The notes under the pieces: model-generated
The model's input: only the letters and a program-made list of their open reading frames with translations
What the model was told of the DNA's origin: nothing
The model's database searches: none
Assembly (NCBI GenBank): GCA_963849325.1
Contig: CAWKHF010000006.1
Span: 320,001-384,000, forward strand
Reading direction: 5' to 3'
DNA length: 64,000 bases
From: an uncultured Planctomycetota bacterium
GTDB lineage: Bacteria > Planctomycetota > Planctomycetia > Gemmatales > Gemmataceae
Shown: in pieces, positions 40,587-51,687 of the stretch
Layout: every line of letters begins with the position of its first letter
How positions within the stretch are numbered: the first letter of the stretch is position 1
Position numbers and translations under genes: made by a program

Positions 40587-40770
40587 ATGAGGATCCTCAA
40601 TGGATGGCTGCCGCCCGGGCCTTCGTCGTGAAGGTGACGAGCGAGCAGCTCTCCACGATTGCCGGTTCGCCCTTGATTCAAGAGATTCTCCCGAACCGCC
40701 AACTTCGCGGCCGCGGCCATTGAAACTTGGCTTGGTCGGATCAAAGAGGGGACTCTCCACCGGACGACAC

Positions 40771-41744
40771 TTATTTGCCCCGCCCAGCTTGCGGTGCCGC
40801 CACGGGCGGCGCAGACCCCTCGGCAGGTGCCAAGGTCTCGATTTGATGGACGAGGCGGTTGAACCCGGTCAGGGTGGCCTGATCCAGCGTGTTGTCCAGA
40901 ACGGCGGTGGTCAAGTGGTCCTGGAGCGCTTGCTTCGCCCGGAAGAGAGCTTTGCTATCCTTGTGGTCCAAAGCGTCCCGCGCATCCCGCAAGTCCTTTT
41001 GCAGTTCCTTGGGCAGCGTGGCCTGGCTCAACTCCTCCAGGCTCTTGACCACGGCCGCTTGTTGCTCTGCCTTCACTTGGGTTCGCTGCTCCTGCCATTG
41101 CCGGAACTGATCGACCGCCTGGACCATTCCTGGGTCTTTGGGGTCGGGCGGAGTGAAGCGGGCCAGGTTCTCTCGGTAACTACCGCTCACCTCCGCGGTG
41201 ACATCCTGGATCACCTTCTCGTAATAGGAGGCCGGATGCTTACCTTGAATCGGGAAGGTCAGGTAGGGCAGCCCGCTGGTCTTGCTGGTGCCGGTGCGGG
41301 TCGTCTCCCGGAGTTCCTCGGGAAGTCCGGCTTTGGCCGCCGCCACGGCCTCGGGGCTGTTGAAATACAGGGTGACGCTCGGCGTCGGTTCGCCTTTGAG
41401 GTGGTCTACCCGGACGTGGGCGTGCCGGTCCTTTTTGATGAGACCGTCCACTTGGGCGCCGATGCCGAGCTTCTGGCATAGGCGGAGAACTCTGGTGGGG
41501 TAAGAGTAATGTGGGATGCTAAGTATTTTCGGCCGCGACCATTTTCCTGGAGGCTGCTGTCCAGGCCGGATCGTTGGAAGAGGCGGTGAGCGGTTCGGGC
41601 ATCCGCCTCGTGGAAGGACGAGTAGCTTATTTTATACTGGCCGGCGCCATCCCGCCGGACCCCCAGGTCGATGGTCTCCGGAAGGCGCAGCGTTTTTTTC
41701 AGGAGATCGACCAGACTTCTTTCGGTTTTGGATTCGAGCGGCAT
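40771..41744 (-). CDS. Hypothetical protein (two ORFs probably joined by a frameshift near 41470)
   Basis: 41406..41744 and 40771..41451 overlap and are both protein-like; GAGGAG RBS upstream of 41744. Confidence 0.55.
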
Positions 41745-41779
41745 GGTACTCCTCTGCGCGAGCGGTGGTTACGACTACC

Positions 41780-42118
41780 AAGCATACATTAAAACATATA
41801 AATAATAGTTAATCTTTGTTTCGGCAGAGGCTCGGCTTCGGTTTCCGTCGGTTAACCTAGCGCGATTCGGGCCTGGGCGCAAGTCGCTTGGCGGCGGGGG
41901 CGGGGTGACTACCCGAACCAGGTGTCCGTCGAGGGGAGCCGAGGGCCGGTCGCAACCCGATTTCCAGGGGAAAGAAAGCGGCGGTGCCAGGGGTGGCGTT
42001 TCGGTGGCGTGAGGGTGACAGGGAGAAGGCCACAATTCTCGCCAAGCGAGGCTGGCTGCGGTGGAGCACATCATCGTTAACATTCCGTTAACGAAAGTGT
42101 GATAGCGTAAAATGAGGC
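41780..42118. promoter_or_regulatory. Candidate oriT / relaxase promoter region
   Basis: Non-coding gap directly upstream of a MOBF relaxase; contains GGCGTGAGGGTG, which resembles F-type nic context. The nick site was not identified. Confidence 0.35.
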
Positions 42119-44815
42119 ATGATCCGCATCACGCAACAGGATTGTGCCCCGGACGCCAAACGCTATTACGCGACGGCGGACTATTACAGCGAAGGACAGG
42201 AACTGGTCGGTCTGTGGGGCGGTCAAGGCGCCGCCCGGCTGGGGCTGGAAGGGACGGTAGACCAATTCTCTTTTGAGCGCTTGTGCGACAATCTTAGCCC
42301 CAGAACCGGGGAGCCGCTGACGGTGCGAACGCGCGCCGATCGGACCGTGGGCTACGATTTTACCTTCTCGGTCCCCAAGTCGGTGTCGCTCCTGTACGCG
42401 CTGAGCGGCGACGAGGACATCATGGGTGCCTTCCGGTCGGCCGTGGATGAAACCATGCGCGAGATGGAAACGGAGATGAAAACGCGCGTGCGCCGGGGCG
42501 GCAAGGACGAGGATCGCACGACGGGCAACATGGTCTGGGCGGAATTCATTCACACCACGTCCCGGCCGGTGGACGGCCTGCCCGACCCGCAGTTGCACGC
42601 CCACGTCTTCGTGTTCAACACCACTTGGGATCAGGAGGAGGAACGCTGGAAAGCGGGCCAGTTCCGCGAGCTGAAGCGGGATGCTCCGTACTTCCAGGCG
42701 GCCTTCCGGGTGCGGTTGGCGAACCGGCTTCAGGCTCTGGGCTTCGGCGTGGAGCGCAAGCGGGATGACTTCGAGATTGCCGGCGTGCCCAAGGACATGC
42801 TGAAACGCTTCTCGCGGCGCACGGCGTTGATCGAGAAGGTGGCCGGGGAGCGGGGCATCACCGATCCCGACCGCAAGGCGGAACTCGGGGCCGAGACTCG
42901 CGAAAAGAAGGGGGCGGCCCTCGGCTGGGACAGTCTCCGCAAAAAATGGAACGCCCGCCTGAGCGACAAGGAGCGGGAAGCGATCACGGCCGTTCACCGC
43001 CGGGAACATCCCGCTGCCCGGCCCGAGCGGGGCGAGGGCGTGGCTGTGGATCATGCCCTGGAGCACAGTTTTGTGCGTGAGGCCGTGGTGCCCGAACGCA
43101 AGCTGCTGACCGAAGCCCTCAAACGCGGCATCGGCTCCGTCAGGGTCGAGGGCGTGACCCGCGAGATGGCGAAGCGTCCCCTGATCCGCAGCGATGTCGC
43201 CGGACGCATGATGGCGACGACGAAAGAGATGCTGGCCCTGGAATCACGCCTGACCGACTTTGCTCGCCTCGGGCGGGGACGGTGCCGGCCGCTGGGCGAT
43301 CCGCAGCGGCCTTGCTCGCGCGACTGGTTCAACGACGGACAGAAGGCGGCCGTCCGCCACGTGCTCGGCTCGCGTGACCGGGTGATGATTATCCGGGGTG
43401 TCGCCGGCACCGGGAAAACGACGTTGGAACAAGAGATTGGCGAGGCGTTGGCCGAGGCCGGCAAGCCGGTCGTTGCCTTGGCTCAATCGGTCAAAGCCAG
43501 CCGGGAAGTGCTGCGGCAGGAAGCGGGGTTTGCGACCGCTGATACGGTGGCCATGTTTCTCAAAGATGAGAGGATGCAGGAAGCGGCGCGGGACGGCGTT
43601 ATCCTGGTCGATGAGGCCAGCCAGCTCGGCACGCGCGACATGCTCCAGGTCTTCGAGGCGGCGGAGCGGCTGGGCGCCCGCGTCCTGCTCGTGGGCGATA
43701 AACGGCAGCACCGCAGCGTGACGGCCGGGGAGCCGCTCCGGCTGCTGGAGGAGAGGGCCGGGCTGCCGGTGGCCCTCGTCACGGACATCCTGCGGCAGCA
43801 GGGCAACTACAAGAAGGCAGCCGGGCTGCTCAGCGAAGGCCGCACGGAGGAAGCGTTCGAGGAGCTGGACAAGCTCGGCTGGATCAAACAGGTGCCCGAC
43901 GGCGACCGCGACAAGCAGCTGGCCTCTGCCTACCTGGCCGCTGTTGCGGAAAAGAAGCGGGGCGGGGCCTACAAGTCGGCGCTGGTGGTATCGCCGACCC
44001 ATGTGGAGGCGGAGCGCATCACGGCCGCCATCCGCGACGGTCTCCAGGCGGATGGCAAGCTCCGCGGGGAACGGGTCATCCGCAGGTGGGTTCCCGCGCA
44101 CCTGACCGCTGCCCAGAAAGCGGACCCTACCGAATACGAGCCGGGCTATTTGCTTCAATTCCATCAGAATGCCAAGGGCTATCCGAAAGGCTCTCGCCTG
44201 CTGCTGGACGAAGGAGCGGAGCCTCCGACCCGGTTGGCCCAGCGCTTCGAGGTTTACCGGCCGGCGCAGCTCGCTTTGGCGGTCGGCGACCGCGTGCGCG
44301 TCACGGCTGGCGGCAAGACCAAGGACGGCAAGCATCGCTTGAGCAACGGCTCGCTCTTCACGGTCCAGGGGTTCAGCCGGCAAGGGGACATCATCGTGGA
44401 TCGTGGCTGGGTCATCGACCGCGATTTCGGGCACCTGACGCACGGCTACGTCGTGACCAGCCACGCCAGCCAGGGCGTCACGGTGGACAAGGTGTTTGTC
44501 GGCGTCTCCAGCGACTCCTTCCCGGCGACGTACCAGCGGACGGCCTACGTAGCAGTGACGCGCGGCAAGGAACAGGCGCAGATCTTCACCGACGACCGCA
44601 AGGAGCTGCTCAAGGCGGTCAGCCGGCTCGACGAGCCGCTATCCGCCACCGAACTCCTGGAGTCTACCCACGACAAGGCGAAGGTGCGGGATGGGCTGAC
44701 CAAGCCGCTGACGCTGGCCCGGCGTCTGGCCACGTTGATGCCGCACCATCCAGCATGGCGGACGGAAACTACCAGAAACCTGCCTTCGGAACGGGACAGG
44801 AGCCATGACCGATAA
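42119..44815 (+). CDS. MOBF (TrwC/TraI-type) relaxase-helicase
   Basis: YY..ADYY, GYDFTFSVPKSVS, HTTSR...DPQLHAH (HUH), FSRR; helicase motifs GVAGTGKT, DEAS, GYVVTSHASQGVTVD, YVAVTR. Confidence 0.95.
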   Translation: MIRITQQDCAPDAKRYYATADYYSEGQELVGLWGGQGAARLGLEGTVDQFSFERLCDNLSPRTGEPLTVRTRADRTVGYDFTFSVPKSVSLLYALSGDEDIMGAFRSAVDETMREMETEMKTRVRRGGKDEDRTTGNMVWAEFIHTTSRPVDGLPDPQLHAHVFVFNTTWDQEEERWKAGQFRELKRDAPYFQAAFRVRLANRLQALGFGVERKRDDFEIAGVPKDMLKRFSRRTALIEKVAGERGITDPDRKAELGAETREKKGAALGWDSLRKKWNARLSDKEREAITAVHRREHPAARPERGEGVAVDHALEHSFVREAVVPERKLLTEALKRGIGSVRVEGVTREMAKRPLIRSDVAGRMMATTKEMLALESRLTDFARLGRGRCRPLGDPQRPCSRDWFNDGQKAAVRHVLGSRDRVMIIRGVAGTGKTTLEQEIGEALAEAGKPVVALAQSVKASREVLRQEAGFATADTVAMFLKDERMQEAARDGVILVDEASQLGTRDMLQVFEAAERLGARVLLVGDKRQHRSVTAGEPLRLLEERAGLPVALVTDILRQQGNYKKAAGLLSEGRTEEAFEELDKLGWIKQVPDGDRDKQLASAYLAAVAEKKRGGAYKSALVVSPTHVEAERITAAIRDGLQADGKLRGERVIRRWVPAHLTAAQKADPTEYEPGYLLQFHQNAKGYPKGSRLLLDEGAEPPTRLAQRFEVYRPAQLALAVGDRVRVTAGGKTKDGKHRLSNGSLFTVQGFSRQGDIIVDRGWVIDRDFGHLTHGYVVTSHASQGVTVDKVFVGVSSDSFPATYQRTAYVAVTRGKEQAQIFTDDRKELLKAVSRLDEPLSATELLESTHDKAKVRDGLTKPLTLARRLATLMPHHPAWRTETTRNLPSERDRSHDR

Positions 44816-45371
44816 ACCAACCTTTCAGGACCGCTTAAAGGGGATTATTCACTCCCCGATGTCCACCGATCCGGATCGTTGGCAGGAAGTCATGCACGCC
44901 AAAGAGCGTGCGGCGTCTCCCGCCAAGAAAGAGGCGGAAGGCGAGGAAACGGAGGTTTCCTGCGGGGCGTTCGGCTACCTGCGGGGAATCCGCGATGTGC
45001 CGGGTGCCTTGGAGCTGCGCTTCCGGGACGGCAATAGCACCTGGTTCCCCTACGGCTGGCTCGGTCCCTGGCACTACAACCCGTCCGAGGGGCTGCTCCT
45101 GAAGTTCTCCGGGGACCTCGTGTACCTGGTTTTGATCCGGGGCAGCAATCTCGATAAGCCCTTGAACGAAGGGGCCATCAATCTGACCACCGGGGGCCTG
45201 CAACGCCATCGCGTCGTGTGGATTCGGGAGATGAGCGAGGAGGACATTCGGCAGGTGGGGGAGAACGGGCCGACCATCGACCGGATCGAGGTCGCGGAAT
45301 TCGAGTCGCAGGCAGCGCTGAAGGAATGGCTCACCGCCAAGGCTCCGGCGTTCGTGCGGGGAGAGGGATGA
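44805..45371 (+). CDS. Hypothetical protein coupled to the relaxase
   Basis: Overlaps the relaxase stop; AGGAG RBS. Confidence 0.7.
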   Translation: MTDKPTFQDRLKGIIHSPMSTDPDRWQEVMHAKERAASPAKKEAEGEETEVSCGAFGYLRGIRDVPGALELRFRDGNSTWFPYGWLGPWHYNPSEGLLLKFSGDLVYLVLIRGSNLDKPLNEGAINLTTGGLQRHRVVWIREMSEEDIRQVGENGPTIDRIEVAEFESQAALKEWLTAKAPAFVRGEG

Positions 45372-45383
45372 ACGGAGGAACCT

Positions 45384-45617
45384 ATGGATGATACGGACGC
45401 AGCGCTGGCCTGCATCCTGGCGGATTGCCAGGACGCGGACGACATGGCGTGGTACATTGGCAAACTTGCCACCCTCGTGCAGCATCTTACCTGCTGCATG
45501 GCGAGAGAGGTCGATCAGACGGAAGCCGGCATACGGACGCTGTACGCGACTTGGGCGGACATGACGGTCGAACAGTTGGCCGACCCCAGACGATTCCCCA
45601 GCAGCAAGCCGCACTGA
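45384..45617 (+). CDS. Hypothetical protein
   Basis: GGAGG RBS; co-oriented with the relaxase operon. Confidence 0.45.
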   Translation: MDDTDAALACILADCQDADDMAWYIGKLATLVQHLTCCMAREVDQTEAGIRTLYATWADMTVEQLADPRRFPSSKPH

Positions 45618-45859
45618 CCCACGAAGCCGCTGTCAAGGAAGGGCAGACGCAGAATGCTCCGATGTTCTTGCGGTAAGAAAGATAGGCATTGGCAGACGGC
45701 ACGCGGAAGCGTGCCGCACCGGGAGGGGCTTTGGCCTGTGGTCCGCGATCTTCATCGCCCCGCTGCTCCCGATACAGAGCCGGTAGCCACGGGAAAGAGC
45801 CAGGGATCGTTGGTAGCGAATCCTTAACCATTTCCCGTCATAGTTCGGACCAGGACTAA

Positions 45860-47602
45860 TTGCTGGTGACGGTGATGAGAAGGTGCTTACGACGAACGAT
45901 ACTCGGTACGGCGGGGCTGGCAGGGAGCCTCGTGTACCTGACCGAGCCGGGCGATGCTTGGGCCGCTGCGACGCCGGTGGTGCCCGGCAGCGCCGATGCC
46001 GGCCGAGTCCTGGAAAACCTCCAGCCGGTGCCGGAGCCAACGCTGGCGGCTCCCCCTGTCACGGTAGCACCCCAGCTCGGCCTGCCGACGCCGCCCGGTG
46101 CCGCCCAGGCACTCTTCTTGCTCAACGATGTCCGCGTCGAAGGAGCAACCGTCTATGACAACAGACAGCTGGCGGCCATCTTCCGGCCCTATCTGCACCA
46201 GTACCTATCCGTGCGGAAACTCTATGCACTGACCCAGCCCATCACCCAGCGCTACCACGAGGACGGCTACGCCTTATCCAAGGCCGTCGTGCCGCCGCAA
46301 AACTTAACCGAGGGGAGAGTAAGGATTCAGGTAGTCGAGGGCTACATCGATGCTGTGCAGACGCAAGGCCCCTTTCGCCACTCGGATGCGGCCGATACCA
46401 TTATCGACCGGATTAAGAGCTATCGGCTGCTGAAAGTCAAGGATCTCGAACGCGACATGCTCCTTCTCAATGACCTGCCCGGCGTATCGGTCCGGGCGGT
46501 GTTGAAGCTCCCGGACCCAAGCGGCGGCATCCCGCCGCCGGGAGCTTCGGACTTGCTTCTCGTCTTCACCGATGTGGCGGCACCTGCCAGCGTCAGCCTG
46601 GACAATTACGGCTCACGCTATACAGGTCCCTACGAGGCATCGTTTCAGGCTGGGCTGAACCATGACGTGTTCGGACCCTACCAGCAGACGGTCGTCAGCG
46701 GCGCGACGGCGCTACCCCAGTCGCACGAACTGCAAACCATCCAGCTATCGCATCGCCTGCTGCTCGACGGTCAAGGCACCAGCGCCACGTTGCAGGCGGC
46801 CTATGCCCATACCGAGCCGGGCTATCAGCTGACTTCCAGTGAGATCGTCAGCGACGCTTATAACTATGGTGTCTCCGTGTCGCATCCGCTGCTGCGGTCC
46901 CGGTCGCAGAATTACTACGTATCCGGGGACGTGGTCATCAAGGACATCACGGCCGACGCGCTGGACACGCCCTTGTATCACGACAAGCTCACCATCGTCA
47001 GCGTGGCCGGCAGTGGCGAGGTAGCCGATCCGTGGGGCGGGGCCAATCTCGCCCAGGTGAAGCTGAGCCAGGGTCTGAATCTGTTGGGAGCCACTCGGAC
47101 CGGCACGCCGGACTTGTCGCGGGCCAACGGCCACAGCGATTTCATTCGTTTGTCGGCCACACTCAGCCGGCTTCAGGCGGTCACGGATACCGTCCGGCTC
47201 TATGCCGCCGGCAGTGGGCAGTATAGCTGGTCCCCGCTCTTGTCGTCGGAGCAGTTTGGTTACGGAGGCCAGCAGTTCGGCCGGGCCTATGACCCCGCGG
47301 TCCTGACGGGAGACGACGGCGTGGCTGGCCTGGTCGAGCTACGCTACTCTCCACCGCTCTCGATCCCCCATGTCAGCTCCGAGCTGTATACCTTCTACGA
47401 CATCGGACGGGTGTGGACTTACCACGATACGGCAAGCATGCAAGGTGGTGCTTCGGCCGGCATCGGATGGCGCTTTGCCTATGGACCTCATCTGTTCGCC
47501 AATCTGAGCCTGGCCCAACCGCTGACCAGCAGCGTGACGGCGCCTGCGTATGGCAACGGCAAGGCGCCCAGGGCCTTATTCTCGCTCAACATCAAGAATT
47601 AA
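45860..47602 (+). CDS. Two-partner secretion transporter TpsB (ShlB/FhaC/HecB family)
   Basis: POTRA 'Y...GY.LS.AVVPPQ....G.V.I.VVEG', LLNDLPG, DNYGS.YTG, SSEQFGYGG..FGRAY, FYDIG.VW. Confidence 0.9.
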   Translation: MLVTVMRRCLRRTILGTAGLAGSLVYLTEPGDAWAAATPVVPGSADAGRVLENLQPVPEPTLAAPPVTVAPQLGLPTPPGAAQALFLLNDVRVEGATVYDNRQLAAIFRPYLHQYLSVRKLYALTQPITQRYHEDGYALSKAVVPPQNLTEGRVRIQVVEGYIDAVQTQGPFRHSDAADTIIDRIKSYRLLKVKDLERDMLLLNDLPGVSVRAVLKLPDPSGGIPPPGASDLLLVFTDVAAPASVSLDNYGSRYTGPYEASFQAGLNHDVFGPYQQTVVSGATALPQSHELQTIQLSHRLLLDGQGTSATLQAAYAHTEPGYQLTSSEIVSDAYNYGVSVSHPLLRSRSQNYYVSGDVVIKDITADALDTPLYHDKLTIVSVAGSGEVADPWGGANLAQVKLSQGLNLLGATRTGTPDLSRANGHSDFIRLSATLSRLQAVTDTVRLYAAGSGQYSWSPLLSSEQFGYGGQQFGRAYDPAVLTGDDGVAGLVELRYSPPLSIPHVSSELYTFYDIGRVWTYHDTASMQGGASAGIGWRFAYGPHLFANLSLAQPLTSSVTAPAYGNGKAPRALFSLNIKN

Positions 47603-47734
47603 CCATGTTATTTCGGTATCTTGGTGGACGTGTGGGCGCTCCGTGTACGGGGAGCTTTGTCGTTCGTTGATGAATAATTAAGGTATCGAGAGTAGAATAC
47701 GATAAGGATCGTATTCGTGGAGGAAGCCTAACGC

Positions 47735-50700
47735 ATGATGCTCAAGGTAGGACGTGGGTGGTCTCCAGGGAGAATCCCTGACGGCACGGCATTCTGGGGG
47801 CTGGGATTTGCTCTGCTGGGCGTGGTGGCGGTAAGTTTATCCTCGCCTGCTCATGCCAATCCGCAAGGCGGGCAGGTCGCGGCGGGTCAGGCCAGCATCA
47901 CATCCAGCGGCAACACGCTGAACATCAACCAAAGCACGGACAAGGCGGTCATCGACTGGCGCAGCTTCAACATCGCCGCCGACGAACTGACGGCGTTCCA
48001 CCAGCCTTCGTCCTCCTCAAGGACGCTCAACCGCATCAACGACGCCAACCCGTCGCAGATTCTGGGCACACTGGCCGCCAACGGGCAGGTGATCCTGGTC
48101 AACCCCAACGGCGTGTTCTTCGGGCCGAACTCGAAAGTTGACGTGTCGGGTTTGATCGCCAGCACGGCCGACATTGCCAATAGCGATTTCATGGCCGGCA
48201 AGTTGACCTTCAGCCAGCCGGGCAATCCCCATGCGGCCATTATCAACCAGGGCACGATCACGGCCCAGGAGGCGGGGCTGGTGGGTTTCGTGGCGCCCTT
48301 TGTGGAAAACAATGGCGTCATTACGGCCAAGCTGGGCCAAGTGACGCTGGCCTCCGGGGACAGCTTCACGCTGGACATGGCGGGCGACCATCTGATCGAG
48401 GTGGCCGTGAGCGGCGGAGTAGCCCAGCAGCTTGCCGGCAACACCGGGAGGATCGCGGCCGATGGGGGCACCGTGATGTTGACGGCGGCAGCCGGGCGGC
48501 AGCTGGTGGATGGGGTCGTCTCCAACAGCGGGGCCATCGAGGCCAACAGTATCGGCGGCCAGAACGGGCACATCGTGCTCTACGCCGAAGGCAGCAACGC
48601 CGTCCAGAACAATGACGCGGCGCTCAAGGGCCAGAGGAGCGGCGACAGCACGGTGCTGGTGTCAGGCACCATCGACGCCTCTGGTTACGGGGCGGGGCAG
48701 AAGGGCGGTACTGTCCAGGTGCTGGGCGACCAGGTCGGTTTGCTCAACGGTTCCGTCATTGATGTAAACGGCGATGTGGGCGGCGGAATGGTGCAGGCCG
48801 GCGGCGATTTCCACGGCCAGAGCACGACGCCCACGGCCTGGGCGACGGTGATGCAGTCCGGCGCCGCGATCAAGGCCGCTGCCCTGAACAATGGCAACGG
48901 CGGCGACGTAACCGTCTGGGCCGATCATTACACCAACTTCGCCGGCAGTATCTCGGCGCACGGCGGAGCCTATGGCGGCAATGGCGGCTTCGTCGAGACT
49001 TCGGGCCAGCAAGTGTTGCAGGCGTTTGGCGGGGTGGATGCCCGCTCGCCTTGGGGCAAGGCCGGCACCTGGCTGCTCGACCCGGCGGACGTGACCATCG
49101 CCACGGCGGCCAACAGCAACGAGACCGGCGACCCGAATTTCACGCCTAGCGGCACGGCGTCCGTCATCAACACCACGACCATCCAGAACGATCTCAACGC
49201 CGGCACCAACGTCAGCGTCACCACCGGCGGCGACGCCTTTGCCGGCAACGGCGACATCACCGTGGCCAACGGCATCGCCAAATCCGCCGGCAGCGACGCC
49301 ACGCTTACCCTGTCGGCCTACCGCGACATCCTCGTCAACGCGCCCATCTCCTCCACCAGCGGCAAGCTGAACATGCTATTCCAGGCCGATAACCACGCCA
49401 ACAGCAGCGGCTATATCGACATCGCGGCGGCGCTAACGAGCAACGGCGGCAACATCACGATGGGCGGCGGCTCGGGCGTGATCTCGGCCGGTAGCGGCTA
49501 TGCCGTAGGCAATGCCGGACAAGCGACGGGTGTAGGCATTGGTGCCGTGGTCAACGCAGGCGGCGGCAATATCATTGCCAATGGTCATGGATACGACAAT
49601 GCCGGCGGCAGCAATAACTATGGCGTGTATTTAGATAACGGGGGATTTACCACCACCAGCGGCAATGTAAGTGTATACGGGATGGGCGGCAACGGCCTCA
49701 GCGACAATCATGGCGTGTATTTGTCGGGTTCCGGCAGCCAGATCGCCACTGCTAGCGGCAGCATAACGGTCACTGGCATAGGAGGCACGGCCGCTGACAC
49801 TTCCGGTTACATATCGGATTACGGTGTATATCTTGACCAAGGCACAGGCATAAGCTCAAGTGGCACCGGCGCAGGAGTTGGCAGTATTACCGTTACCGGG
49901 ACCGCTGCTTCCGCATATGGATACAGTCATGGTGTGGCACTCCTCAATGGCAGCGCAATTTCCGGTAATGCTGCCGATATTAGGGTTAACGGAACGGCGT
50001 TCGATTTCATTTCGTATGGCACAGTAATCCAGCTTGGATCGTCGATTACCAGCGGCGGGGCCGGCAATATTACCATTAGCGGTTTCAGTAGCGGTGTTGA
50101 CGGCACGGGGATAGAAACGGCGGCGGGTCCTAACGTCATCGGCGGGGCTTCCGCTACCGGCAATATCACCCTCGTCGCCGACATATTGGGCTTCTTTAGC
50201 ACCACCCCCATCCAAACCGCGGGCAACGTCACCATCAAGCCCTACACTGCTGACACGAGCATCGGCGTTGCCGGCGGGGCGGGAACGCTGCAAGTAACCA
50301 GCGGCATCCTCGATGCCATCGCTGCCGGCGGCATCACCATCGGTAACACGTCGGACAGCGGCGCGATGGATGTCGGCACGTATGCCTGGAACGCGCCGCT
50401 GACGTTGCTCTCCGGCAGCGGCAACCTCGCCATCGACGGCGCACAGGCAATGGGCAGCAACCGCTTCCTGGCCGACACCGTCTCCGGCGACATCGCCATC
50501 GGCAGCCTGGGCCGCGTCATGAGCAGCGCCTCCGGCACGCCCCTCACCCTGGCCACCAGCAGCGGCGACTTCCTCAACAATAACGGTGCATCCGCGCTTT
50601 CCGCGCCCAATGGCCGCTGGCTCATCTATTCCTCCGCTCCCTTCACCGATCATTTCCGTGGACTGGCGGCGAATTTCGCCCGGTTCGGCTGTGCCTATGG

Positions 50701-50923
50701 CGGCCCGTGCCCCGGTATCCCTGGCGCCGGCAACGGGCTACTTTACAGCTCGATGCTCCCCGACACGGTGAGCAAAGGTTTTTCCGATCCTGCCATCGGC
50801 CTGCAAGGCTTTCCGACGCAGTTCCATCCGGTCGGGACAATGGGCTTAACCGATCTCATTACGATGAATACCCGCGTTGCCGCCGACCAGGCGTCACCGT
50901 TCCTGCTTGACGCAGGCCAATAG
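47735..50923 (+). CDS. TpsA filamentous-haemagglutinin-family exoprotein
   Basis: Signal peptide, then a TPS domain (NPQGG, IDWRSFNI, LNRI, NPNGVFFG), GGFVETSG, GTWLLDP and Gly/Asn-rich beta-helix repeats. Confidence 0.9.
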   Translation: MMLKVGRGWSPGRIPDGTAFWGLGFALLGVVAVSLSSPAHANPQGGQVAAGQASITSSGNTLNINQSTDKAVIDWRSFNIAADELTAFHQPSSSSRTLNRINDANPSQILGTLAANGQVILVNPNGVFFGPNSKVDVSGLIASTADIANSDFMAGKLTFSQPGNPHAAIINQGTITAQEAGLVGFVAPFVENNGVITAKLGQVTLASGDSFTLDMAGDHLIEVAVSGGVAQQLAGNTGRIAADGGTVMLTAAAGRQLVDGVVSNSGAIEANSIGGQNGHIVLYAEGSNAVQNNDAALKGQRSGDSTVLVSGTIDASGYGAGQKGGTVQVLGDQVGLLNGSVIDVNGDVGGGMVQAGGDFHGQSTTPTAWATVMQSGAAIKAAALNNGNGGDVTVWADHYTNFAGSISAHGGAYGGNGGFVETSGQQVLQAFGGVDARSPWGKAGTWLLDPADVTIATAANSNETGDPNFTPSGTASVINTTTIQNDLNAGTNVSVTTGGDAFAGNGDITVANGIAKSAGSDATLTLSAYRDILVNAPISSTSGKLNMLFQADNHANSSGYIDIAAALTSNGGNITMGGGSGVISAGSGYAVGNAGQATGVGIGAVVNAGGGNIIANGHGYDNAGGSNNYGVYLDNGGFTTTSGNVSVYGMGGNGLSDNHGVYLSGSGSQIATASGSITVTGIGGTAADTSGYISDYGVYLDQGTGISSSGTGAGVGSITVTGTAASAYGYSHGVALLNGSAISGNAADIRVNGTAFDFISYGTVIQLGSSITSGGAGNITISGFSSGVDGTGIETAAGPNVIGGASATGNITLVADILGFFSTTPIQTAGNVTIKPYTADTSIGVAGGAGTLQVTSGILDAIAAGGITIGNTSDSGAMDVGTYAWNAPLTLLSGSGNLAIDGAQAMGSNRFLADTVSGDIAIGSLGRVMSSASGTPLTLATSSGDFLNNNGASALSAPNGRWLIYSSAPFTDHFRGLAANFARFGCAYGGPCPGIPGAGNGLLYSSMLPDTVSKGFSDPAIGLQGFPTQFHPVGTMGLTDLITMNTRVAADQASPFLLDAGQ

Positions 50924-50924
50924 T

Positions 50925-51035
50925 CGCACCTCCGGTCGAAAGGTGTCTTCGACCGACGGAAGGTGTACCTTATGACGCAGTTCAGGAATTGGCGTTGCCG
51001 CTTCACTTTATTGCTGACAAAAGGTAGGTGACAAA
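50925..51035. promoter_or_regulatory. Candidate res site
   Basis: GGTCGAA/TTCGACC inverted pair and repeated TGACAAAA directly upstream of a resolvase. Confidence 0.35.
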
Positions 51036-51687
51036 ATATCCTCGTCGGATGGATGGTCCTCTTGTCTATGTCGTTGGGTACGCCCGCATTTCTTCTGCCG
51101 ATCAATCCGAAGACGGTCAGACCGACGCGCTTCACCATGCCGGGGCGTCTCGAATCATCGTGGAGCGAGCATCCGGGGTCGCCGAGCGTCCGCTGCTGGA
51201 TGAGCTGCTCTCGGGTCTGCGGGCCAGCGACGCCCTGGCGGTCACGGAAGTCAGCCGGCTCGGCCGAACGGTGCAGGAAATCCTGCTGCTCGCCGATGAT
51301 CTGCGACGGCGTGGCGTGCATCTCCGCATTCTCAATCTTGGTATCGACACCGGCACGCCAGCCGGCGAGCTGGTGCTCACGCTGATGGCCGGCCTCGCCA
51401 AGTTTGAGCGCGATTTGCTGCGCGAGCGGCAGCGGCGGGGTATCGAGGCTGCCCGCAACAGGGGAAAGCACCTGGGCCGTCCGCCGGTCTTGACGGCGAG
51501 CCATGCGGAGACAGCGATCAGGCGGCTTCAGACGGAGAGCCTGGCAGCCATCGCTAACGAATGGCGGGTCTCGGAGCGGACGCTTTCGCGCCTGGTCAAG
51601 AAGCATGCCGGCGACAGGGCGCTACCGCTCTTGCCTGGTGGGAAGGGGAAGCCGAAGCGGCGCGGGCGGATTAACCAGATGGAGTGA
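51028..51687 (+). CDS. Small serine recombinase (resolvase/invertase)
   Basis: GYARISS..Q, SRLGR, ER..LRERQ..GIEAAR..G...GRP and a C-terminal HTH. Confidence 0.9.
   Translation: MTKYPRRMDGPLVYVVGYARISSADQSEDGQTDALHHAGASRIIVERASGVAERPLLDELLSGLRASDALAVTEVSRLGRTVQEILLLADDLRRRGVHLRILNLGIDTGTPAGELVLTLMAGLAKFERDLLRERQRRGIEAARNRGKHLGRPPVLTASHAETAIRRLQTESLAAIANEWRVSERTLSRLVKKHAGDRALPLLPGGKGKPKRRGRINQME

Noticed and set aside
47735-50923. TpsA as a CdiA toxin
   Set aside because: It is short, has no VENN or pre-toxin motif, and has no downstream immunity-like gene.
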